A stretch of DNA of 64,000 bases from Octopus vulgaris (GCA_951406725.2 OX597815.1:49104001-49168000); one strand, 5' to 3'; numbered from the stretch's first letter, positions 41,187 through 56,233 are shown. Translations and numbers: made by a program. The notes: generated by a model from the letters alone, not told the origin.

Positions 41187-41704
41187 ATATATGCATATAT
41201 GTTTTATGTATATATGTATGTATATGTATGAATGCGTGTGTGCGTATACAGTTATATATGTTTGTATATATCTATGTATATGTATGTATATGCGTATGTA
41301 TGTATGTATGTATGTATGTATGTATGTATGTATCCGTCCCTAAAAATATAACAGTTTAATGTATACAATCCCTATAAATGGTTCTGCCTTTTTCTCTCGT
41401 CTTTGCTGTTATTAACTCCCACGCGGTTGACGTCGTTCGTTATTTGAAACGAGTATGGAATTCTCGTTGGATTCTAACCTCAGTTCACAACGGCCTATAT
41501 CAGTTTATATACACACAGCAAGCTTAGCTGGGATTTGCCTCGCTGGAGTGATATCACGAAAGAAAAGGATTGGGGTAGAGATGTGTCATGAAGCTTCCTA
41601 TGTTACCAACTCTGACATATTTCGTGCAAGGGGATCGCTCATTAGTTGCATTTGTGACCCGGTTTCTACTCCCAGTTGAAACCATTATATGTGGTTACGT
41701 GGTT

Positions 41705-42122
41705 GTGGTTGTGGTAAGAAGCTTGCGTTTTCAAACGCATGGTTCCGGGTTCAGTCCCATTGCGTGGCACCTTGGGGAGATGACTTCTACTATTGTCTCG
41801 GGCCGATCAAAGACTTATGAATGGATTTGGTGGACGGAAACTGGAAGAAGCCCACCGTTTATGTGTGTGCATGTGCATGTGTGTGCGTGCGTGTGTGTGT
41901 ATATGTGTGTATCTTTGTGCCTGTATTTGTCCTCCACAACTGCTTGACAACCGGTGTTGGAGTGTTTACATCCCAATCAATTTGCGGCTTACGAAAGAGA
42001 GTATGTGCTAGACTTTGTAAAACGTAATCAATTCTAAGATCTATTCATTCGACTAAAAATTCTTCAACGCAGTGCCCCAGCATGACAACAGTCTAATGAC
42101 TGAAACAAGTAAAAGATAAAGG
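41705..42122 (+). mobile_element. SINE-B
   Basis: Family B head, body and tail. Confidence 0.8.
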
Positions 42123-42203
42123 ATATACATATATGTATGTATATATGTATGCTTATATGTGTGCGTGTGCATATGTGTGTTTATATGTATATATATCTAT
42201 ATA

Positions 42204-42237
42204 GTGGAGGCACATGGCGTAGTGGTTAGAGCAGCGG
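42204..42237 (+). mobile_element. 5' head fragment of SINE-C abutting the LINE end
   Basis: gtggaggcacatggcgtagtggttagagcagcgg matches the SINE-C start. Confidence 0.7.
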
Positions 42238-42833
42238 GTCCTTTCTGACCAACGTCACTACTCCCCGGCGCACAGATATGGGGATAAACCCATTCTGTTT
42301 ATGGATCACTAGCTGAAATTGACTTAGCAGATCCCGAAAGCCTGGGTTACATTTTCTGTTCATGTTTGAGCTTGAGCCAACACAATCTGTGTGTGCTGCA
42401 CATATTGTATTAGAGTCTCCTAACACTACTAGTGAATGCGACGTGGCTAGGAACTTTCCTAGGCCACGAAAATATTCAGTTTGCGGGCCAATAATGTTTG
42501 GTGCGTAAATAGCGACCAGCCTGATTGTCTTGCCACAACTGAATGTCAAGTCGATAACGACCAGCCTGCCTTCTGGGTCAGAAAAAACCAACTTTTTCTC
42601 GGCTACCCGGTTTCTTTTTAGTAGGACCAACACCCCCCACCTTCCGCCCGACTCGGAGAAACGTATTTCTCGTAGCCGTTCAGGAGTGGGAGCAGATCTC
42701 TTGGCCCATTCACCCGGGTTTCCGTTGCAACAATTACATCCAAATTTCTCGACCTGATGTCATTTAGAAAGTGTCCTTACTTCCAGCTTGACAACAGGCC
42801 ACGAACATTTATACAACCAATGTGAATAGACAT
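42238..42833 (-). pseudogene. LINE ORF2 APE endonuclease fused to a short RT-proximal piece
   Basis: MSIHIGCINVRGL...DVIVATETR (stop at 42777-42779, frameshift in the G run near 42635), then DPEGRLV, AIYAPN, VLGDSN, then GFIPISVRRGVVTLVRKD. Confidence 0.9.
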
Positions 42834-42844
42834 GACTTACCTGT

Positions 42845-44389
42845 TTAATCAGGATTGTCCGGTGGAGGGGGACCCTCCACCTTTTTTTGATCCAGGGTCG
42901 GAGGTGGACGGTCTTGGGAAATAGATTTGTCAAAATCCCGTCTCACCACCGACACAGAATTATCAGGTGGAGGGGGAATCTCCACCTTTTCCTTTTCTCG
43001 CGGGATCGGGGCTGGTAATCCATGAAATATCGACTTGTTAAAATCTAATCTCAATGAAGATACAGTCTTTCTGTATTTATTTTGTAGAATTCTATAAGTC
43101 TTATTTGAGACTTCATATATGTCGTAATTCATAAATTCCTCTGAAAGGTTATCTATTTTTTTTACAGTCTTTATCAGTTGAATGTCTCTCATGAGCTCAG
43201 TATCTTTAGTGTATACGGCAATTATGCCTTTTTCTTCTTTTTCTCTTCTGGCAGTCTTTTTTGGTCGTTGTTCTGTAGTAGTCGCCGCTCTCGGCTGAGT
43301 TGCTGGTTGTATTTTTCTTTTGTTTGTTGTTTTTTCTCATCTGTTTCTTCTTTTTCTTCTTCCTCTTTGGTTTTTTTCTCCTCTTCCTCCTCTTCTTCAT
43401 TTTCCTTGCAGTTCCTTCGAATGTGGCCTAATTGACCACATAAAAAAACATCGAGGTTTTCGGCCCTCAACAAACACCACGAGGTTCTCCTCCCCTACCT
43501 CAATTGTCTCGGGAATTGCTTGAATTATTTTAGGGTCCGCTTGAATGAGAAGATTAATTGTTTGACCATCCCAGCATGGGTTTTCCGTAGCGGTAGCCTG
43601 GAGGAGAGTAATTTTTTCTACCTCTTTGATTAGGACTGCCGCCAACAATCACATAGGGTCCACTTCTGGCGGGACCCTTGTAATTTTTATTCTGGACGTT
43701 CTCATCCCCATTTAATAGGGGATGAGCTCCACGTCGTTCGTTTTCAGCGTTTCTACTGAGTTCTTGTGTGCTATTTCTTTATTGGTGAAACTTACTTCCA
43801 CTGTTCCGAATTTTTTGCCTCTTCTCAGATAAACTACATCGCCCCATATTGGCTTTAAGCACTTTTCTATTTTCTCTTCTGACATTCTTTCAATTTTTCT
43901 TTTTTGTAGACAATATGTTTTGAAAATTATTGTTTTTTGCTTTTCTTCTTGTAATAACTTTTGCGGAGGCTCAATTTTCACACCGTTGTCAGTTATTTTC
44001 ATCATTTGGCTGTATTTCATAAAGTCGCTTTTATTCGTCGACAGCAGCCGGGTTCCACCCCCAGCAGCCAACGCAAAACTTTTTTTTCCATTTTTTGGTT
44101 CTATATGGATGCTAGGTACATCAATTATTCTTTTCGACACAATGCCTTTGTTCTCTGGCAAAGTCGGAAACTCTTCTGGTGAAAGTTCTGACGAGCTTTC
44201 AGACACATAAAATCAACTATATTATCCAAAAAAATCAAATACATTATCTATTCTGCTATTCTTTCTTGTAGCGGGGGAAACCCTTATTTCCTTGTCTGTA
44301 GTTGGCTCCTCGCCGGACATGTATTTCCTCCTCTCAACAGGAGAAACAAGTATATCTGCTCCAACGGTAGGCTCCATGCTAGACGACAT
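42845..44389 (-). pseudogene. LINE ORF1 (gag-like, zinc knuckle), with stops and frameshifts
   Basis: Pieces 44222-44416, 43712-44206, 43397-43648, 43222-43473 and 42845-43192 join into one protein with VFVEGRKPRCF/LCGQLGHIRRNC (CX2CX4HX4C), a KSFALAA motif and an E/K-rich region. Confidence 0.85.
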
Positions 44390-44550
44390 TCTTCCCCCCA
44401 AAGGGGGAATGAACAACGCGTGCTACTACTAGCACTAAGTGTTTTCAAATGAAAACTCCAACAGTTAAGTTATTCAACAGTTTAACAAGAAACAACAGTT
44501 ATTAACAATATTAACACCAAGAAACAGCAATTTTTACCACGAACACATGT

Positions 44551-44617
44551 GCGGCAGCCGAAATACGGCTACGCATTTCGCCCGGCGTGCTAACGTTTCT
44601 GCCAGCTCGCCGCCTTA
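44551..44617 (-). mobile_element. Young SINE-A 5' part joined to the LINE 5' end, next to a SINE-B head (44618-44730)
   Basis: taaggcggcgagctggcagaaacgttagcacgccgggcgaaatgcgtagccgtatttcggctgccgc|acatgtg. Confidence 0.9.
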
Positions 44618-44726
44618 AGTTTCTGTCTACCAAATCGACTCGGCCCGAGGCTATAGTAGAAGTCACCAAGGTTTCACGCAGTGAGACTAAAACTAGAACT
44701 TTGTGGTTGAGAAGCAAGCTTCTTAC

Positions 44727-44760
<34 letters not shown>

Positions 44761-44931
44761 AGGTAGTGGGTAGCGATTTTCTTCCCTACTTCAGGGAGTG
44801 ACGATCCTACCTGACACGGGGTTGATTTTTTTCGACTAGACCAGTAGACCCTTCAAGACAGTACCCCAGCGTGACTGTAGTATACTGACTGAACGAGCGA
44901 AAGATAAAACAAAGATGTAAATCCTTATTAT

Positions 44932-45148
44932 TGATTTCAAAATTTGGCACAATGCCGGCAAATTCGGAGAGGGGTTAAGTCGATTACATCGATCCTAGTA
45001 CTCAACTAGTACTTATTTTATTGAACCCCGAAAGGATGAAGGAAAAGTGTCAACCTCAGCGGAATTTGAACTCAGAACATAAAGACGGACAAAATGTCGC
45101 TAAGCATTATGCCCGGCGTGCTAAGGATTCTGCCAGCTCGCTGCCTTA
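44932..45148 (-). mobile_element. SINE-A, old tail, with TSD-like taaatcctt(a/g)ttat
   Basis: Family match; direct repeats at about 44918 and 45149. Confidence 0.85.
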
Positions 45149-45383
45149 TAAATCCTTGTTATCAAGATGAGGTTCACATAACATTTAGTTTAAATTGTTT
45201 GTGGCTGTAAAATATGACTTATGACTCTTTAAACGCTCACTTAACTACTTTACCGTTTCATGACAATTAAGTCTAAGTAATGGTTCGAATTTCGGTTTAG
45301 ATCAAGTTCCCTACAACAAGTTTCTCTCGAAAGAGAAAGGAGATAGAGGGAAAGAGAGAGAAACAGAGATACAGGGAAAGAGG

Positions 45384-45419
<36 letters not shown>

Positions 45420-45568
45420 GATAGATGGAAAGAGAGAGGATAAAAGTGATAAAACAGTCAGCAGTATAATCGTTGTTGTTGCTTAGTCGTAAGTCAACTC
45501 TCTGTCACATCACGTCTATAATCAGCAGACCTTATAATCAAAGGGGTTTTAGCCATGGCCATCCCCAC

Positions 45569-45616
<48 letters not shown>

Positions 45617-46375
45617 CAGAGACTACATGCGTCCTTCCCTTTTTAAAGGCAGTTGAATATTATTTGAGAGAGATTTGGTAATATTTCTAGCAAACTGGGC
45701 GACAACGCAGATGCTAGCTTGCTGGCGATAGTAATTTTTATATATGTGGAGAGAAAAGGAGAGATGGAAAGAAAGAAAGAGACAAAGAATGTACAAGCGA
45801 AAAATAGAAAGACAGAAAGGGGGAAAAGAAAGACTACGTCTGGATTCCTTGAGTGATATGTGATTCTTTCTTTCTTTTTTTTTTTTAATGGCACTTTGAT
45901 TGGAAATTAATTTCAAATTACACAGTAAATCATGTACAACCCAGGCCGCTTCGAAAACTCTTCTGTATTTCTGTGCGTTTTGCGTCTCTTGGGACCAGTT
46001 GTAAAAAGTTTTTAAGCAATAATAATGTAATGGGGCGCCATGTTAAAGTGTTTATCTGAAATCTGAACAGAAAGCAGTTGACGAAACAAAAACACGAACA
46101 AACATTTTCAAAGCTGTGTAATAGCGGGTGGCAAAGTGAACTCTGACATTGTTTTGAAAACATGGCATCTGTAATTCAATATCACATTTTTAACTACAAA
46201 TTGGCTTCTTAAATCGCATGTATTAATCCTGAATCTAACTTACATAGAAGTTAGATCTATATACATGCTATATAAAAGCCATGATTATCACACAGCCACA
46301 TTCTCACCCATCCCAGTAGAGTGTGTATACATAAACGTGTGTGTGTGTGTGCGCGCGCGCGCGCCAGCGCGCGCG

Positions 46376-46406
<31 letters not shown>

Positions 46407-47114
46407 GTGTGTTTTTTGTATTAGAGGAAGAACTCATTATAATTTGTAGGGAGTTGATTAAATCGACTATAGCTCACCCCCAGGGCGTCCAAGAGAAAAT
46501 TTTGCAAGGCAGAACAAGACTACTTTCAAGCCCCTGGGGTGACGAACTGCTCTCAAAATTCAAAGGGGTTGTGAGGTATTTTCTTATTCTTTTAGGGAGG
46601 AGCTCATCAGATATTCACGGGCCCCTCCTTGGCCCTTCAAGACCGAAGCCGATGTACTCGCTGAACCAACATCTCTTATAAGCTCTACACATCCATTTCC
46701 TCTAAAATAACTAACAACTTTGAAACCGATAACTTATTACAATGCTTTAATGATTCGCAGGTACACAGTCGTTATTTAAGTCTAGAACATCACTGATCAA
46801 CAAACCTTTGACTAAAGGTATTCCATCCCTGACTACTTACCTTTTTTCTTTTCGGTCTGATTAATTTTCAGTTTGTACTCGTCTTAATTTCATTCTGCTA
46901 CCCAATTGAGCTGTAGAAGACATGAAATGAGCTTAAAACGTTTACATTTCTTTTACGTTATCCTTTTTTTAATGGGGTTTGCTTTTAGAGGAAACGTGCA
47001 CGCGCGCGTGTGTGTATATGTGTTAGTGACTAATATGTATGTGTGTATGTGTTTATTTGTTGGCAGCAATATAGGTTATTACGGATATAATATTCTTGTT
47101 AAGGTTATATACTC

Positions 47115-47500
47115 CCTTTTACTCTTTTACTTGTTTCAGTTATTTGACTATGGCCATGCTGGAGCACTGCCTTTAGTCGAACAAATCAACCCCAGGACTT
47201 ATTCTTTGTAAGCCTAGTACTTATTCTATCGGACTTTTTTCCGAACCACTAAGTTACGGGGATGTAAACACACCAGCATCGGTTGTCAAGCGATGCTGGA
47301 GGGACAAACACACGCACACAAACATATACACATACATACATATACATATATACGACGGGCTTCTTTCAGTTTCCGTCTACCAAATCCACTCACGAGGCTT
47401 TGGTTGGCCCAAGGTTTGCCCAAGGTGCCACGCAGTGGGACTGAATCCGGAATCATGTGGTTGGGAGCAAGCTACTTACCACACAGCCACTCCTACGCCT
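47115..47500 (-). mobile_element. SINE-B
   Basis: Full reverse-complement family B copy. Confidence 0.88.
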
Positions 47501-50293
47501 ACAAATTTTCTAAAGAAATTATAGACAGCACTGGTTTGTTACGACGTTTCTGTAACCGAATACGTTTAATATAAGCAACAATGCGATCGAAGATGGAAAA
47601 AAAAAAGTAACGAGCGTTTATGCCATATTTCAAGAATTCTTGCTTCCTCTTCAGCACAACATCTAACCTATTTACCATTCACGAACCCATTACTTAAATG
47701 ACCACAAAATATAGCGGGATAACATTGAGAGAGGACGTTCAGTTACATTGATCCCATGCTCAACTGGTACTTACTTTATCGTTAGCAAAAGGATGAAAAG
47801 CAAAGTCAACCTTGAGGTAATTTGAACTAACAACGTAAAGCCGGAATAAATGCCGCAAAACATTTAGTCCGGCATGCTAACGACTCTGCCAGTTCACCAT
47901 CTTACTGATGCGATGATGGGGTTCTACAATTGTTGCATCACTTCCCCTAACGTCGGAATTCAATGTTTGGTGTAGATTTGGGCTCTGTTGCACCGTGCTA
48001 GCTCAATGCATGAAGACAGAATTAGACAGTCTACTAAATCCACCTACTTCTTTATTCGGTCGATTTCGGAAGGATAATAAGGTAACGTTGATAACACAGG
48101 CTTTGAACTTAGATCGCAAAGAACCAAAACAAAATATCGCACTTCGTCTGACGTTCTAACGAATCTGCTGATCCACCATCTGGAGCAGAACAAAGAACAC
48201 ACTAGTGCTATAAATTAAAAGAGCGGTTGTGTATGAAAATCGGTGGGAAATCGAACAAAACGCATCATGGTACTTAGTTTGAAATCTTTGTACTTCACTT
48301 ACTTGTTTCAGTCATTGGCTTCCGGCCATAATTGGACACTGCCTTGTAGGATTAAGTCGAGCAAATCATCCTGAATACTTATTACTTATATTAAGTCTAT
48401 CGGTTTCTTTCGCCGAAACGCTGGGTTCCGAGAACGTAGACAAAGCAACACCGGTTATCAAATGGTAAAAAACAAACGTGCGCGCGCACACACACACACA
48501 CACGATAGGCATCAGTACAGTTTCTATGAACTACATTTATTAGACAGTATACACATAGTATATGTAAAACTTGTACAATATACTATATTTATATTATATA
48601 GAAAATTGGCTTAAAATTTTGGCACAAAGCCAGCAATTTGGGGGTACGGACGAGTCGATTACATCGACCCAATTACTCCACAAGTATGAGGTACAGTGCA
48701 GTAGACGATGTAAACGGTCGTTGATCTCTTTCCTTCATTTGGGTTGCCATCAGTGTCACCTTGAAGCAGAGGTACACTGGGCCCCACCAGTCTAGGAGCC
48801 CAATTCTGATTTATGTATACTCTAGCTTGCTGTTAATAAACTATAGGGCCCAGGACACTGATATGCCCTAGGGCCTATAATGCTGCTAAGATGACCCTGG
48901 TTGCTAATTCTTTGAAATGCATGAATGTTACAACATCAAATGTCCTCTTTTCAGTCACTCAAAGGCCTGTTTGATATCTAGTCAAAATTAATTATTTCTT
49001 TCATGGCGGGAGTCGGTGCTACACCAACGTTTTGACCTACAAAGTCGACGATCAGATTTCTATATCCAGCTGGAAACTATTATTTTAGCATAGACAGATG
49101 CAACGAACTTTACCAGTTACCCGCATTTCCTCTTCTGAGTTATCCCGTTTAATGAGGTCCACTTTGTAAAACAGCTAGCGCATGCGTGCTTGTGTGTGCT
49201 TTTGGTGTAATACTAATTATTATAATAAACCTTTCTACAATAGGCACAAGGGGCTTGAAATTTTAAAGGATTAGAGATAAAGTCAACCTCGGCGGAATTT
49301 GCACTCAAATCGTGGACTAGAAGAAATGGCGCTAAGCCTTTTGTCCAGAGTGTTAATAGTTCTGTTAACTCGCTGCCGTATTATAATTCTTTTTTACTAC
49401 TACTGGTAGAAGATTTTAAATTTTGTAAGAGGGAGCTAATCGATTAGATTGCCCTCACTTCTCGAGTTGTACTTATTTTGTCGACCTCGGCAGAATTTAA
49501 ACTCAAATCTGAAAGACGGACGAAATTCCGTGAAGCATTTTGTCCAGCTTGCTGTAGCTGTTGCAGCAGTGAACTTGCTGTATGAATCAGAAAGGCTGCC
49601 AACAAGTTGTCTTGCGATATTTAAAACACCTCTTTTTATATTCTAAGTTTTTGAAGAGCAAAAAAATCCAAATTTTTTAGTAAAAGTTATTGCTCATTGA
49701 TAGATGGTGGGGGTGGGGTCGATCTGGCCTGACAAGGGACTAAACAACAACAAAATCTAGAGCAACACCGGAAGGATGAAGGAAAAACTTGACCCTCGGG
49801 GGCGGTAGTTTAGAGGCAACGTCAATATAAACAGCAAATGTAGAAAATAAATATTGAAATAGAGAATAAAAATAGTTTCAAACGAGGAAGAAGTTTCTGG
49901 TTTTTGGTTTCTATATCTGACATGTGACAATACTCTTTACCATTTTTGTCCTGGACAGGGGGTTTTCAGAAGGAGAAAGAGAGAGCCAGATATTGAGAAA
50001 TAGAGGGAGGGGAGACCGGATTTAAAGCTCATTGCTAGACTCCCATCCCCATGATTCGCGGAAACACGCACACACATGCTCACACATGCACGAGCACACA
50101 CACACCTACACACACGTGTGTGTAGGAATGCATGGGTGTATACACACATTGGAGTACTTTTTTTTTATTTTTTGACACTTTACCGTATGACTAAGGATAC
50201 CTGTATGTATACATATATGTATATATATTTATGTACATACTTTTATGTATACCTCTATATACTCTTGCAAACCATGCATTCATACACACACAC

Positions 50294-50340
<47 letters not shown>

Positions 50341-50653
50341 TATATATTGTGTGTGTGTGTGTGTGCGTGTGTGTACGTATGTCCTCACGAACGTCAGGCG
50401 CTAGACATTTTCCTGTTTATTTCAATTATCTACACATGATTTTTTTAACATATACATCCATATATAATTTGATAGACGTGTGTGTGTGCATGTGTGTGCA
50501 TGTGTGTGTGTGTGCGTGTGTGTGTGCGGGTGCGTATAATGTATTTAAGGACGGGTGACTATTTTTATTAGTATTATAAGTGCGTTTGCTTGTATATGCG
50601 TGTGTATGTCTCTTTGAGTGTTTCCAGGTGTTTAGGAATCTCTGTACACACTT

Positions 50654-50691
<38 letters not shown>

Positions 50692-50702
50692 CATATACAT
50701 AC

Positions 50703-50734
<32 letters not shown>

Positions 50735-52879
50735 GTACACATATATTCATGAAACAGGCGCGCGCCTATGTGTTTGTGTGTGATTAACATTCATACATCT
50801 GTTGCAGTTAGTTGGTAAGCGATAAATTTCAATAAATATTTATATATTCTCCCTCACTTCCTCATAAACATGTGTAACCAATTCACATACACACATATTT
50901 ATACAAGAAGTATGCACACATTAAAAGACCATCGCTAATGACCTAGCTCCACGTCCGCTTAATACACAAGTTTCCACAAAGAAATGCGGCGCGTGCCAGA
51001 ATGGAGTGGTGGGGGTTCCCATCTTGTCCACAGTTGTGAAGGTGTCGTTAACGGAGTTTATATACAAGCTGTCTTTACTTAACGTCCTTCCGTTTAACGT
51101 CGTTTCTTATATTGTCGTTCTTTATAACGTTGTTATGAAATAATTTCAACCAAATACAGTAAAATAAGAATTCACAAAGTGTACATCTCTCATACTGAAT
51201 GTGAATTGATATTATTCTATATTTGTTTCTTTTGTAACTCGTTGCATTTTCATTTTAGTTACGGAAATAAATAATTTATAGGTAAGGATACTAGTCATCC
51301 AAATTTATATACATTAATACTTCACTTTACAAGGACTCACTTTACGAGAACCCGGGTTCACGAGTTTTATTTTACAAGCACAGGATCCAAATTTTGAACG
51401 AGATGCAAAAGTCTTTCTATTACAATAACAAAAGCTTCTGCGTGTTACCAAGAAATTTATAGAGATCGAAAAAAAGCTTCTTCTGGGCAAACAACTCTAG
51501 ATTTGTTTTTTTTTTTTTAAAGTATCAACAAGTCCGTCTACGAGTGCTTGTGAATCGGCGATCGCGTCTACAAGTGATGGTGTGTGCGAGTTTAGTGCGA
51601 TTGAAAACGATTCAGAAAATGATTATGATGATAATTTTTATTACAAAAGATCTTGACATTCTATAGGTAAAATATTTTTCTGGGAACGAATTTCGATTTA
51701 TAACATTGCTACTATGGGAAATTATTACTCTGCTTTACAAGTTTTCGCTTTCAGAGCGACCTCCAGGAACAAATTAACTCGTACATTGCTGTATTTCACC
51801 AGTGTTAACTAAGCTACAATCGTTATACCGTTACCTGCCCATCATAAAGATGTAAACGCTTTTACTGACACAGTGAAACCAAAAGAACGAAATTGTATTA
51901 AAAAAATTCAAATTAATATGTTTTATTCACCTGGGTCTGTTTGATCTCTCTTAGATACATTGACCGTAAAACGTTTGCTTTTCGCTTTTCCAGTAGCAAT
52001 TTATTTACTAGTCGTTTAGACGCAATATTAAATTAAATTGGAGCAAATAAATAAATGTAGACGGGGGTCCAACTACTACGAGGTTTACCGTATTCTAATC
52101 ACTATTTGTTACTGTTTGAGAGATATAAAGTGCTTCTCTTATTTTCCCCTTTGAAAATATTCTTTGATTTAGCCTTGTTGCAATGACAGCTAAACGTGGA
52201 GTCTGCACAGTTCTTTTCTTTATCACAAAAAGGAAAAACACAGAAAAAGCTTAACATTAGAATTTAAAAGTTATGGAGATTTGAGGATGATCTGTGAAAA
52301 TATTGGAAAAGCCCTCGGTCTTCAGCTAACAATTCGCAGTGAAGTATATATTGAAAAATGTTTATACTCAAACTGTAACCCCTTTTAGCTGCTGCATAAT
52401 CAACTAGGAATAGAAACTTCATAATGGAAAATATGGAAGGACTTTTGAGCATATGGACTGACAGCAAGAGTCAGCATAACATTCCATGTTCACTGCGTAT
52501 CGTAGTTATTTGGCGCATCAGTTCTATTGTTTTTTTTTCAATGGTTATGGAATCAATACATAAACAATCGCATGTAACAAATACTAGAAGATATCTGGTA
52601 TAAAGAACGCAAGAATCGGAAGCAATCACTCCCTTAGTCTTTTGGGATGAACTATTCCGTCAATCTTGACTCTTTGTCAAAGTCGTGAAAAGTTCAATGG
52701 CATCTGCAATGCGAAGTGCTCAATATTGAGAACTTCGACTACGAAGTCAATATTTACAGTTTCATTGATATCAAGAGATATCAAACAGAAAGGGACTTCT
52801 AAATGCTCGACATAGATGATAAATTTGGCCATGCTGGGGCACCACCTTGAAGAACTTTTAGTCGAATGAATCAATAATG

Positions 52880-52941
<62 letters not shown>

Positions 52942-53340
52942 CATTTCTACTATAGGCACAAGGCCTGAAATTTCAGGAAAGGGGACTAGTTGATTACATT
53001 GACCTCATTACACGACTGGTACTTATTTTATCGACTCCGACAGAATGAAAGGCAAAGTGGTCCTCGGTAGAATTTGAACTAAGAACGTAGTGACGGTCGA
53101 AATACCTCTAAGTATTTCGTCCAGCGTGCTAACGATTCTGCTAGCAATAACAATAATCTTTTCCACTATAAGCATAAGACCTCAGATTTTGCGGGGAGAG
53201 GGACAGCCGATTATATCGACCCTAGTACTTGACAGGTACTTAATTTATCGGCCCCGAAAGCATGAAAAGCAAAGTCGACCTCGGCGAAATTTGAACTCGG
53301 AACGCAAAAACGGACGAAATGCCGCTAAGCATTCTACCAG
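52942..53340 (-). mobile_element. Two tandem old-tail SINE-A copies
   Basis: Family core present twice, next to a (TAA)n tract. Confidence 0.8.
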
Positions 53341-53375
53341 TCCACCATATTATATTTGATATATATATATATATG

Positions 53376-53416
<41 letters not shown>

Positions 53417-53965
53417 CCGTGCGTGCGCTTGTGTGTGTGTATGCAGTAATGTACTTATCGAGTGAACAGTTGCTCTTTCACCCGTCCAGTCTGCGATACT
53501 TATCTACAAACAGCCCAGTTCCATCGTTGTGTCGCTGCACAGCTCCCCCACCGCCACCACCACCACACCACCACTACCACCACCACCACCACCACCACCA
53601 CCACCACCTTTCCCTTCCTCAATAGTACACTATCGCCATCATTATCTTTTGAAACCACAAACTCACTATCACGTCACCGCCACCACCGCTACAACCGTTA
53701 ACTACTAACACCACCACCACCACCACCACCATCACCACCACCACAAACACAAATACCACCAACACCGCCTCCACCAACAGTGATGGGTGTGGGTTTGATA
53801 AATATACGCACTTATAAACACACATACACACATACATACGCACGCACTCATATACACACACACGATCTTCTTAACTAGCTTCCCCTTTCCACGACGTCAT
53901 CAATTTGGTAATTAGCCGATAATTGTTTTCTGTCTTTTAGCCAGGTCTTCGTGTTGTTCCACTCA

Positions 53966-54026
<61 letters not shown>

Positions 54027-54354
54027 ATGCCTGCACCGTTCCATTTTCACTCCACCTACACAAGCCCTCATAATCTGGTATGTTGTTCTTGATGTTGTTG
54101 TTTTCGTCAACGGTGTTGTCGGCGTTGCTGCTGCTGTTGTTATTGTTATTCTTGCTGTTGTTTATTGTCGTCATCACCGTCGTTGCAATATAATCAACTC
54201 TTCTTCTTCTTTTTCTTCCTCTTCTTCTTCCTCCTCCTCCTCCTCCACCTCCACCGTCTTCCTTCTTGCAGCGCTCCCGACGACATCACTAAAAAGCTTT
54301 CCCAGTTCCCAGAGCTGCCATTTGCCACACGCCTTACTACCCAACCCGCACACA

Positions 54355-54407
<53 letters not shown>

Positions 54408-54902
54408 TATGTGTAATCAATTAATCTCTCTCAGATATAAGCCTTATCGGCGGCATATGTTCTTAGGCAAGTTTATATGGTAAATCAACTTTTAACGAGA
54501 AGAAATCCATTTTTTGCTGTTGTTCTGCTGTCGTTTTGTTGTTGTTATTGTTGTTGTTGATATTTTGAATCCGAATGAAAAATAAATAAATAATTGAAGA
54601 CAGAACCATAGTATAATATAATATATTAAAATATTAGAAAAAAAGGTAAAATTTAAAATAAAACTATGAAATGAATTAAATTCAAAAATGAAATAACGTA
54701 AGTTTATTGTACAACCAACGGAACGTACAAGGTAGAAATTATCTTATTTGGAATTCCACAACGTTTCCAGGCACCAACACTTTTACTACCATCACTACAA
54801 CCGCCGCCATCATATATATATATGCACATTAACACATACATACACACACACATACAAGTATGTGTGTATATATATATATGCATTTATATGCGTGTGTGCG
54901 TG

Positions 54903-55105
<203 letters not shown>

Positions 55106-55602
55106 ATACACACATACATACATATAGACATAAAAATAGGCACGCACACATAGACATACCACACGCACATACGCAAGTAACCATTCCATTACCTCTGATT
55201 TTGGAAAGCTGTGTAAACTACATTTTGTGTTTTATTGCTTCAAGTTAGTGCAGTCTACGGACAGATAGATTATTGCCTTCTATGAATGTGATCTACTCAG
55301 TATAAACAAACGCCGATGTAAAAATAGAACCAGAAAATACTGTTTAATTTTTCTTTCATAAGATCCGCATATCGTTCGCACAAAACGAGACGAAAATAAA
55401 ATGTATAAAAGGAAATGTATAAAATGGTTTCAAATTTTGGTACAGGGCTAGCAATTTTTAAGGAGATAAGGAAATCGACTACATCGGCCCCGGAAGGGTG
55501 AAAAGCAAATTTCGGTGGAATTTGGACTCAGAACGTAAAGAACGACCGAAATGCTTATAAGCATTTTGCCTGGCGTGTTATCTCGCCACCTTAATAATGA
55601 TG

Positions 55603-55650
<48 letters not shown>

Positions 55651-55653
<3 letters not shown>

Positions 55654-56194
55654 GCCCTGATGCAGTACCAGGCAGTGGCTGTCGTGGCTTCTGATCTTAA
55701 CTGATTGGATGTACATTGTTTTGTCTCGTTATAAAAGATGGGCTACAGCAAATATTCTGCTCAATACCACAGATTTGCCTGTCAGTTGTTTGACCATAAC
55801 CAGTTGAGCATGTCCCTTAGTGGCTCACGATATGTGCATCTCTGATCACAAGCAGAAGTAGTGGGGGAGTGGGGGAGCATCATAGCCATGTGTTGAGAGT
55901 GATTCTTTGGGGTTTGAATAATTCACCTCTGGAAACATGGGTGCTTCGTTCAACATCCTTAAATAACCCTTATTCAGGAACTTTTTGAGAGGGATGGGTT
56001 ACTCGACCAGAAGAAAATTCTAACTGGGCCCCATCTGCAAGGTCATGTGCTGTTTATCTTGATATGAGATCACCATGTCACGCACATATAATTATGATGC
56101 ATGTGCTTATCAGATAGGTAATCATGATGGGTATACTGGGCTTCGTATATTTTACCCCAGTGTCACTTTGATGGTACGCACTGCTCTCTCACAC

Positions 56195-56195
<1 letters not shown>
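55651..56195. mobile_element. Second copy (opposite orientation) of the (TAA)n-flanked 540-bp element
   Basis: Reverse complement of 39212-39753. Confidence 0.85.

Positions 56196-56233
<38 letters not shown>

Larger units (their letters stand above)
42238..44550 (-). mobile_element. Tx1/L1-type LINE, apparently 5'-complete, 3'-truncated and disrupted
   Basis: 5' UTR, then ORF1 with a CCHC knuckle, then ORF2 APE endonuclease starting 12 nt after the ORF1 stop. Confidence 0.88.

Noticed and set aside
51320-51790. Tigger/pogo-like subterminal motifs
   Set aside because: I could not define matching TIRs or a TSD.
52590-52780. OB-fold-like peptide (ITPLVFWDE)
   Set aside because: Stops and frameshifts, and the similarity is too weak without a profile search.
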